A stretch of 64,000 bases of DNA, taken from assembly GCA_951406725.2 (NCBI GenBank), contig OX597827.1, positions 60,326,001-60,390,000 of the forward strand, read 5' to 3'. The notes beneath the pieces were generated by a model. That model ran no database searches and had not been told where the DNA came from. It saw only the letters and a list, made by a program, of their open reading frames with translations. The stretch comes from Octopus vulgaris (Eukaryota). A program made the position numbers and the translations under genes. Positions 28,778 to 39,199 of the stretch are shown one piece after another (the stretch's first letter is position 1; each line of letters begins with the position of its first letter).

Positions 28778-28869
28778 TATCTTACGATCGTTTTACAGAA
28801 GTGCTGTCCCTATAATGAAATCCTATATTGATAAGCATTTATAGACAACTCTTCTGCTCTTCAGAGATA
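28778..28869 (-). ncRNA. Type-I hammerhead ribozyme with long helix II (G12 mutated)
   Basis: Minus strand TATCT CTGAAGA GCAGAAG-A-GTTGTC-TATAA...TTATA-GG-GACAGC-A-CTTCTGT AAAAC GATC GTA AGATA; 5-bp helix I, palindromic ACGATCGT helix III. Confidence 0.65.
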
Positions 28870-29099
28870 TAAAATTTGAATTTTGTATAACATATCGAAT
28901 GGTAGTTTTTTTTTTTTTTTAATTTGATGTAATACTATAAAATGGTGTTTGTTTGAAATATAATTTAAAAATTAAAAATTTCTGCTTTTGATGAGAGTCT
29001 TTAAATCCATATATACTTCCTTGGTTAGTCTTCTGTAATAATCCATAATATTCATATGTAAAATCCGTTATATTGTCTTGTATTCCAAATATAGTTCAT

Positions 29100-29470
29100 A
29101 GTCTTGTATTCCAAATAAGGTCTGATGCAAAGAACCATCAAGATGTGAGCGTGTACTCTATATGTGATGGTGTACTAATGTACGCTCAGATCGTGGTCAT
29201 ACCACAGACATTACAAAAGAGAATGCTAAAAGAGTTCCATGTGGAACACCCAGGCATCTCTAGAAAGAAAGCGCTGACGCGAAGTTTCATATGCTGGCCA
29301 AGCATGGACAAGGAAGTTGAAAACCTGGTAAAAGGCTGCAGAGGATGTGTACTGGAAGCGGAACTACCAATTACAAAATGTGAACTTTGGCCAGAAGTGA
29401 AAACATCATGGTTCCGATTGCATACCGATTTTGCAGGCCCGGTAAATGATATTATTACTTAATTAGTGGA
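29100..29470 (+). pseudogene. Ty3/gypsy pol fragment (integrase HHCC zinc-binding domain plus start of core)
   Basis: VVIPQTLQKRMLKEFHVEHPGISRKKALTRSFICWPSMDKEVENLVKGCRGC...WFRLHTDFAGP. Confidence 0.85.
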
Positions 29471-29765
29471 CTAACAACAAATAAGATGAGGACAAATATC
29501 TGTCAAAATGTAAATAATGTATATATATATATTTATAAAATGGTGTTTGCTTGAAATATAATTTAAAAATTAAAAATTTCTGCTTTTGATGGGAGGCGCA
29601 AAAGTGGCTGTGTGGTAAGTAGCTTGCTTACCAACCACATAGTTCCGGGTTCAGTCACACTGCGTGGCACCCTGGGCAAGTGTCTTCTACTATAGCCTCG
29701 GACCGACCAAAGCCTTGTGAGTGGATTTGGTAGACGGAAACTGAAAGAAGCCCATGGTATATATG

Positions 29766-29850
<85 letters not shown>

Positions 29851-30319
29851 TGATATTAAAATTAATATTAATTTATCTCCCTCATTATTTAAATATTGAA
29901 ATAAATACGTTCTCTAGTACTAAGCACGAACCGCAGTGAATTATTTACTGCAGCCCTTCGCCTCAGAAATTTATTAGCGCGCCAGAACCAAGACATTTGA
30001 AATTTTATCACTAGTGTAATCGGTAAAGCTACACACGTGTCTGTGCTGGCACGAAAGCTAGGGTTGGCTTTGCCGTTTACATTACTATGAACGGATGCAC
30101 TGAAGAAGCACGGACATTTGGATTGCGTAAGTAATTCTCTTGTTAAGGCTGAAACCGAGGTATGCATTTAATTCTGTTTTTTATATAAATTCTCATCTGT
30201 CATGCCCGCCAAAGTTGGTTCTGGTGTTCGGTGTATTTTTCCTCTAGAGAATTTCCTTGTAGTTTGACCGTTGATGGTCTATTTCTAGCATACGGCCGAC
30301 TCCCTAGCAGTAAGCCCTG

Positions 30320-30378
<59 letters not shown>

Positions 30379-30410
30379 TTTATTTAAAGCAGCAGAAAAT
30401 TCAACAAAAT

Positions 30411-30448
30411 CTGTTACTCTGAGTTTCTCGTTGCCGTTCATCAGACAG
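30411..30448 (-). ncRNA. Minimal type-I hammerhead ribozyme (inverted copy)
   Basis: Exact reverse complement of 30477-30514. Confidence 0.75.
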
Positions 30449-30476
30449 TTTTTGGCCCTCACATTTCTAGCAAAAG

Positions 30477-30514
30477 CTGTCTGATGAACGGCAACGAGAA
30501 ACTCAGAGTAACAG
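30477..30514 (+). ncRNA. Minimal type-I hammerhead ribozyme
   Basis: CTGT CTGATGA A-CG-GCAA-CG-A GAA ACTC-A-GAGT A ACAG: helix I CTGT/ACAG, intact CUGAUGA and GAAA boxes, GNRA-capped helix II, GUA cleavage triplet. Confidence 0.78.
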
Positions 30515-30616
30515 ATTTTGTTGAATTTTCTGCTGCTTTAAATAAAGCATATCACTCTACCACTGGTATTTGAGTACTCTTTTTTCCACCTTGTTTCACA
30601 TTTATGTGTTTACTCC

Positions 30617-30672
<56 letters not shown>

Positions 30673-31237
30673 TGTTTGTTTGTGTGTCTGTGTTTGTCAC
30701 CCTAGCATTGCTTGACAACCGATGCTGGTGTGTTTACGTCCCCGTCACTTAGCTGTTCGGCAAAAGAGACCGATAGAATAAGTACTGGGCTTACAAAGAA
30801 TAAGTCCCGGGGTCGAGTTGCTCGATTAAAGGTGGTGCTCCAGCATGGCCGCAGTCAAATGACTGAAACAAGTAAAAGAGTAAAGAGTATATATACACAC
30901 ACAATCATACACATACGCAGACGTACACAAGCACTTACACACACACACACACACATTTATAGGCCAGCCATATAAACAGCGTTGTAAACTCGGTGTCAGT
31001 TCTTTTATATTAATTTTTAATGCCTCCGATTTCTTTCCCTCCTTTTCATTCAAAGAAACAACCTAAAATGCTATATTGCCCTCTGCTTCTTTCATCTTTC
31101 ATAGTACACATTCTTCCATTGTTGTTGTTTCCATTTATATATCTCTGCTGTTTTTGTTACATGTTTTGCTTCTCAAATTTATGGCCTGTATGTTTGTTTA
31201 TTATTTCCATGCTTCATAATCTTAGATGTTATATTTG

Positions 31238-31815
<578 letters not shown>

Positions 31816-31944
31816 GCTTCAACACACGAACTCACATAAAGAATCTTGCAAACCAAATCCAAAAACGAAAGATTATATTTGTATGTTTTACGTATATGTA
31901 TGTATGTGTTGGGACGTGTGTGCGCGCGTGTGCGTGTGTGTGTG

Positions 31945-31995
<51 letters not shown>

Positions 31996-32470
31996 GTATA
32001 AAAGTTTGCTTGTGTAAACGAATTTGTGTGCAAATATATACAGGGTAACCAAATAACTTTTATAAACAGGCGGGGTTTTATTTTTTTCATTATTTTATTT
32101 GAATGGAAACATTTTAAAATCTAGTTTCAGAATCTTCTGAAGCAATGTCCTGGCGATGCCTAGTTGAGCAGAGGGACGACGGGTAGAGGCTAATGGATCC
32201 TCAAGGACACTCTGCTATACAGCTTCCACCGCTACGTCAGTGCGCACAGTTCGCTTAAGACCTCTTCCCGACTGATCCAGTTCTTTCAAACCGGGTGATT
32301 AGGTTCTGAATCATGTTATCGCTAGGAGATACTTTAACTGCAAAAATATTACAGGTAATTTCTCTGAGTTTGAATAATTGATCTTTCATTGGAATAGAAA
32401 AACTCAATGAGTTTTACTCGTTGCTGGACATCATACGTAGCCATTTTAATATCCAAGGGATGCTCTGTGA

Positions 32471-34240
32471 CCTTGGTTCTCAAACTTTTTCAAAATTTTC
32501 GTCCTACGGAGCCCCTCCCATTTCTTCGAGGCTTCGTGGACCCTCACTCCAGCTCCAAAATTTAAAAAATCGGAGATGGACAAAGCAAAATGAGCTTGTA
32601 TAAAATAATTTTTCATGAGATAAAATTTTACTGATAAAATAAAAAATTTCAATGAGAGAAGTGAACTTGTTTGGTCTGTAATATGTCCTCAATATTAGAT
32701 TGCGTTTTTGATAATACGACCCTCATGTCATGTGCAACATCCAGTTTATTGTGAGCCTTTGTTTTAATTGCGAGTAAAGTTGCAAAAGCCGTCTCACATT
32801 CGTACTTTGTTGCGATGGAACGATGAATGTGAGGGCCAATTTGGTGACATCTGGATAGGACTGCATCATTTCAATCCAGAATTCCCTGCAACACATGTCA
32901 CGGAAGGCATTTTTTGCACCTCCATCATAATATTCTTACGGAAGGTCAACAACAGATATTTCAAAGGAATTGGTGATGAAATGATGAACTTTTTCGCAGT
33001 TTTGTAGGTCGGCGAAGTATCTTTGAATTTAATCGTGAAGAATTAAGATATACAGTTTCATTATATCCTTTTCTATTTTAGGCACAAGGCCCGAAATTTT
33101 GGAGGAGTGGACCAGTCGATTAGACCGACCTCAGTACGCAACTGGTACTTAATTTATCGATCCCGGCTGCTTCATTATATCGAGGATGTCAGCATCAACT
33201 GGAAGGCCATCTTCATCAAGGAAAGTATTGAGGTTCGGAAATGGTGCAAAATTTTCATATTGCAATTTAGAATGCCACGAATGGAGCTTCATTTTAAATG
33301 CAGTCATTTATTTTTTATGACAATGGACAACGGTGATGTTCTTTCCTTGTAGTGCTAAGTTAACATAATTAACTGATTCAAAAATATCGACCAAAAAGGA
33401 GAGACATATAAGGAACCGAATATTAGAGAAGTATCTGTGCAGTTTTTTTAGCACCACGACGAAATTCGTGTATCTCCTTTCTTAGAACGAAGAGACTCTT
33501 TTCCGTACTCTCCCCTTGGACAACCACCTCACATGCGAGTACAGTAAAAGCGTTACAAAATTAAAACATTGACCTTTGCACAAGTCAGCAAAAATACGCG
33601 CGTTTAGAGAATTAGCTTTGATAAAATTTACCGTTTTGGCCACATCATTCAAAACATTGTTCAAATGGTCGGGCATTGTTTTAATCATCAATGCTTGGCG
33701 ATGAAGTGTACAATGCGTACCAATTGCGTTGGGAGACTTCTCCTTTACCATTGTCCTGAAAGCCATAGCGGCAACCAAGCATTGATGGAACACTGTCGGC
33801 GCACACGCCAACAACGTGCTCCCAGTTTATGCCATGCGTGTTAAAGAATTGATCCACTTTCTGGAATATATCGTTTGCAGTGGTTCGGGTGTTGTAAGTC
33901 CTTATTCATGCATTTTCATAATTTTCTTTTACTTCAATATCCTAATTTTAGTCATTCAGTTGGACTTGGGTGAAGTTTTTTACCATTGTAACGCCTTGTA
34001 TCTACATTTAAAAAAGTTCAACTAAAAGTCGCTAGGTACTTTATGTAGAACGAACGTCTTAATTCTGACAGCGCTACTAGCTTGTCTTTTTATTGGCTTA
34101 TTAGGTCCCTATTTATTGATGCTTAATACAAACATAAAAAGTAAAATTAAGAATGAACTTATGATGACAAATATTTTGAAAATATAGGCGTCTGTAAATG
34201 TATGATGGTGAAAACAAATCGCAACCTCTTCATAAACCAC
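32471..34240 (-). pseudogene. hAT (Buster/Charlie-like) transposon remnant
   Basis: Minus strand HCTLHRQALMIKTMP..VNFIKANSLNARIFADLC..LLLYSHVRWLSKGRV (33482-33814) and C-terminal ATKYECETAFATLLAIKTKAHNKLDVAHDMRV (~32715-32810); TIR-like CCTTGGTTCTCAAAC at 32471; the other boundary is approximate. Confidence 0.8.
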
Positions 34241-34392
34241 TCCTGCGGACTATATCATCAATGAGCCGGTATTACGGCCGCAGTAACAGCAAAGGATGTA
34301 CCCCCTGCCCAGACTATACCCGAGACTAGTCTGGGCTAGCCCAGACTATACCCCCTCCAGACAGACAGCCCAGAATATACCCCTGTCCAGAC

Positions 34393-34767
34393 TACTTGCG
34401 GACAAATGACACAGATGTACTTGACTTATAAAAGTTGCCTCAGAACATATATAAAATTATCAAATGCAAATATTCAGTGTACCAATATAAACCCAATGTA
34501 TAGGTAGATTGGAAAAAAATTGACGACTCGCGCATACAACGCGCCTGTACAGTGACTCATAGCCTAGACTCGCGCAAATATGGCCATTCGTGTTGGATTT
34601 ATATTGGTATATTTTAAAGCATTTTGCACTTGATAATTCTAAATTGCTATGTTTAAATCGAAATTTGCATGTAACTTTTAATTCTTCATCGAGTGATACC
34701 AAATTTTATATAAGTTCTGAGGCAACTTTTATAAGTGAGGTACATCTGTGTTATTTGTCCATAAGCA
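34393..34767. mobile_element. MITE with ~65-bp TIRs, nested in a CCAGACTATACCC-repeat element (~34266-35096)
   Basis: GGACAAATGACACAGATGTACTTGACTTATAAAAGTTGCCTCAGAAC versus GTTCTGAGGCAACTTTTATAAGTGAGGTACATCTGTGTTATTTGTCC; flanking AGAATATACCCCTGTCCAGACTA occurs inverted at ~35058-35082. Confidence 0.75.
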
Positions 34768-35477
34768 TGGCCACTGAAAATCTCATAACTTGTTCGTTTT
34801 CAACCTTTTTTATTTTCTTTTTCTTTACATGTTATATAGAGCCTTGGTTCCCAAACTGGAATCCGCGCAGCGATTTTAGGGGTTCGCGAAGGATGTCGCC
34901 AATTTTCAGATTTATAATGTTCAAAACCTTAGGTTTTCCGGTTTTATCTAAAATAAGGAACCATTGAACATGCACGCACTACACAGAACCCCTAATTTAT
35001 GTGTTAAAAAAACCCTTACAAATAGAATAAATTCTGGCCTGGTTGTCTGGAGACGGTATAGTCTGGACAGGGGTATATTCTAGGTTGTTACACCACCAAT
35101 TTTCAATCTTGTTTAGAGTTGCTGCACCCATAACCCCTACCCGATCGATAAAGTAGCAGAGAGACGCCTGTAATCAAGTACCTGCGTGTACGCCCTGCGC
35201 GCGTCGCCTCAAATGCATTCTATTTGTAAGGGTTTTTTTAACACATAAATTAGGGGTTCTGTGTAGTGCGTGCATGTTCAATGGTTCCTTATTTTAGATA
35301 AAACCGGAAAACCTAAGGTTTTGAACATTATAAATCTGAAAATTGGCGACATCCTTCGCGAACCCCTAAAATCGCTGCGCGGATTCCAGTTTGGGAACCA
35401 AGGCTCTATATAACATGTAAAGAAAAAGAAAATAAAAAAGGTTGAAAACGAACAAGTTATGAGATTTTCAGTGGCCA
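34768..35477. repeat. Apparently perfect 261-bp inverted repeat (34768-35028 / 35217-35477), 188-bp spacer
   Basis: Read directly; the ORF track gives the same peptide ATENLITCSFSTFF...LSKIRNH on both strands. Confidence 0.92.
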
Positions 35478-35572
35478 CCCTGTAGAATAAGTTGATAGGT
35501 TGTGCCCCATCATGACTGCAGTCCAGTGACTGAAACAAATAAAAGAAAATAAATAAACACATAAAGATGAAA

Positions 35573-35659
<87 letters not shown>

Positions 35660-36059
35660 CATACATATGCGTTTATATATACATGTGTGTGTGTGCACGT
35701 GTGTATGCGCAACCACGCTTGTACGTGTGCGCGTACGAACGGAGGTGTGCGCATGCGTACGTACGTAGGTGTGCGTGTGTACATGTGCATGCGTACGTGA
35801 GTCCATGCTGTGTGTGTGAGGGAGTGAATGTATATATGTATGTGTGAGTGTTAGGTAGTGTATGTATGGGGATATAAACTGGACTACGTAAGGCATTCAA
35901 TTTTCAGGGAGAAAACTCAACATACCAAAGTACACAAGTTATTTCCCTTGAATTTTGTTTTCGTATTAAGTTGACCTCTTTTTTTTCTGTCAATTGATAA
36001 CGATACGGGGTTCGAACTATAGAGAAAACCCCTATTTTTAAAGAGTCACTCGATCTTTT

Positions 36060-36556
36060 ATTCTCTTTAATCTCTCTTTTACTTGTTTCAGTCATTTGAC
36101 TGCGGCCATGCTGGAGCACCGCCTTCAGTCGAGCAAATCGACCCCAGGACTTATACTTTGTAAGCCTAATACTTATTCTATCGGTCACTTTTGCCGAACC
36201 GCTAGATAACGGGGACGTAAACACACCACCATCGATTGTCAAGCGATGTTGGGGGACAAACAAAGATACACAAACATATACACATACATACATACATACA
36301 TACATACATACATACATACATACATACATACATAAATACATACATACATACATACATACATACATACATACATACATACATACATACATACATACATACG
36401 AGGGCTTCTTTCAGTTTCCGTCTAACAAATCCACTCACAACGCTTTGGTCGGCCAGAGGCTATAGTAGAAGACACTTACCCAAGGTACCACGCAGTGGGA
36501 ATGAACCTGGAACCATGTGGTTCGTAAGCAAGCTACTTACCACACAGCCACACCTG
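36060..36556 (-). mobile_element. SINE family A, full length with internal (TACA)n
   Basis: Tail TTTTACTTGTTTCAGTCATTTGACTGCGGCCATGCTGGAGCACCGCC through head GCAAGCTACTTACCACACAGCCACACCTGC. Confidence 0.9.
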
Positions 36557-36819
36557 CAAGAAATAACAAATTCTCCCTCGTTACACATATTTCCGTCGTA
36601 TTAAAAGTAATAGGCCATATTGGATAATGTAGTCATAGACATATTATGCCTACAAAAAAAAAACTCGAGGAGATGGTCACGGCTGGAAAATCTCTGATTA
36701 AAGATTTTTATCTAAGCAGGGCTGATCTAGGGCTAGTAGCAACAGAAATTAACAACACAAGGCTTTATAAATGTTTCTTGACCTACTACTACTACTACTA
36801 CTACTAATAATAATTCTTT

Positions 36820-37017
36820 CAAACTTTGGGGAGGAAGCAAATGGATTACATGGATTACATCGACATCGGTACTTTACTGGTACTTTATTTCATCCATCCC
36901 CATCCCCAAAAGATGAAAGGCAAAGTCGACCTCGGCAGAATTTGAACTCAAATTGTAAAATCGGACAAAAACCGCTAAGCATTTTGTCCGGATCGTTAAT
37001 GATTCTGCCACGTCGCC
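36820..37017 (-). mobile_element. SINE family B (Nin-like), diverged
   Basis: GATGAAAGGCAAAGTCGACCTCGGCAGAATTTGAACTC..GCTAAGCATTTTGTCCGG..GATTCTGCC. Confidence 0.75.
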
Positions 37018-37345
37018 ATGTAATACCAGGCAGTGACTTTCATGGCTTTTGATCTTACCTGATTGTGAAGAGTTATCATGAAGCGCAGGAGTGGCTGTGT
37101 AGTAAGTAGCTTGCTTACCAACCACCTGCAAGGTCATGCGTTATTTATCTTGATATGAGATTACCATGTCGTGCACATATGGTTGTGATGCATGTGCCTG
37201 GTGTACCCTTATCAGACGGGTAGTCATGATGGGTATACTGGGCTTCGTATATTTGTACCTCGGTGTCACTTTGATGGCATGCACTGATCTCCCACTCAAT
37301 AATAACAACAACAATAATAATAACAACAACAACAACAACAACAAC

Positions 37346-37386
<41 letters not shown>

Positions 37387-37388
<2 letters not shown>

Positions 37389-37942
37389 GCCCTGATGCAG
37401 TACCAGGCAGTGGCTCTCATGGCTTCTGATCTTAACTGATTGGAAGTGTTATCATGTACATTGTTTTGTCTTGGTATAAAAGATGGGCTACAGCAAATAT
37501 TCTGCTCAATACCACAGATTTGCTTGTCAGTTGTTTGACCTTAACCAGTTGAGCATGTCCCTTAGTGGCTGACGATATGTGCATCTCTGATCACGAGCAG
37601 AAGTAGTGGGGGAGCATCATAGCCATGTGTTGAGAAGGATTCTTTGGGGTTTGAATAATTCACCTCTGGAAACATGGGTGGTTCTTTCAACATCCTTAAA
37701 CAACCCTTATTCAGGGACCTTTTGAGCGGGATGGGTTACTCAACCTGAAGAAAATTCTAACTGGGCCCCACCTGCAAGGTCATGTGCTGTTTATCTTGAT
37801 ATGAGATCACCATGTCGCGCACATATGGTTGTGATGCATGTGCCTGGTGTACCCTTATCAGACGGGTAGTCATGATGGGTATATTGGGCTTCGTATATTT
37901 TACCCCAGTGTCACTTTGATGGCATGCACTGCTCTCTCACTC
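37387..37942. mobile_element. ~555-bp non-coding interspersed element flanked on both sides by (TAA)n; deleted copy at 37024-37297
   Basis: 37767-37942 nearly matches 37122-37297, and 37400-37456 matches 37024-37080; both copies end CACTC-AATAAT. Confidence 0.7.
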
Positions 37943-37983
37943 AATAATAATAATAATAATGATAATAATAATAATAATGATAA

Positions 37984-38036
<53 letters not shown>

Positions 38037-39066
38037 ATGATAAGAGAAGAGAGCCAGCCTTGACAGCGGCTGGACGTATTCCTCACTGCTCTGACAATTC
38101 AGTAGCCGAAAGCCATAGAAACACTAATATGACCCAGTTTAGCAACGGGGAAAAATAACTCTCAAAGACTGGAACATCTACAATATCTTGTGAGTATTTC
38201 AAATTCTCTTCAAAATAAGTTAAGAAATTTACAAATTTACATATCTACAGTTTTCAAACATACATCCGATCAGCTTTAAAAACTTTAATACCCACAACTG
38301 CCTCTGTAAACACCTTTTTTTTTTCTTCTCTCTAAAAACATCACGATTTTCTTTTTGTGGACTTACAAAACCTAAAACTTTCTATGAAAATCTGACTTTT
38401 CTTTGCTTCCTCCCTGAATATTCAAATATAAATGTAAACATATACTTTTTATTGCAAAAACACACCTGTTCTTCTAACTGGACATACAAACATCTCTAGA
38501 AAAGTCAACTTCAACCTCCACAATATTACCTTACACGAAATATACAAACACTTTTTATTGCAATAACACAAACGCACATGGAAAAAAAAATAATGATGCT
38601 AACATTCTCTCTGGTCGAACACAACTTCTCTATTCACAAACAATACAGAACAGCCCTTCCTTAATTTTTCTTAAGGCTAATAGTAGTAAACATTTGAACT
38701 TTTTTTGACCGATAGGACCCCACCTAAAAATAAAAAAATAAAAATATCACTGATGGTGATGGTGATAGTGATGATGGTGATGATGATAATAATGATAGTA
38801 ATAGTGCTGATAATCTATCTATCTATCTACACACACACACACACAATCACAGAGTTCAACCAACACAAACCTCACCTCGGCTCTTTAGATGTTAACCAAA
38901 TATGAAAGTATTATTTGACAGGCAAGAACTCTAGCGTTGAAGACAGTCAGCCAGCCAACCACCAAGCCAGCCAACGAGACAGACAGACACTACTGTGATG
39001 GTGATAATGATAAAAAACAAAAATAACAATAAGATACTGCTGTGACTACACATAAAATAATATCAT

Positions 39067-39116
<50 letters not shown>

Positions 39117-39199
39117 GTGATGGTGATGATGATAATGATGATAGTAATGGTGGTGATAATGATGATAGGGATAATAATGGTGATAATAACAATAATAAG

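Larger units (their letters stand above)
29594..30887 (+). mobile_element. SINE family A split at its internal microsatellite (5' half 29594-29757, 3' half ~30670-30887)
   Basis: Head ends GAAAGAAGCCCATGG-(TA)n; the tail resumes GCATTGCTTGACAACCGATGCTGG after ~900 bp of inserted sequence. Confidence 0.8.

Noticed and set aside
33482-33814. Domesticated ZBED/SCAND3-like gene
   Set aside because: Fragmented by frameshifts, stops and a SINE insertion; hAT fossil
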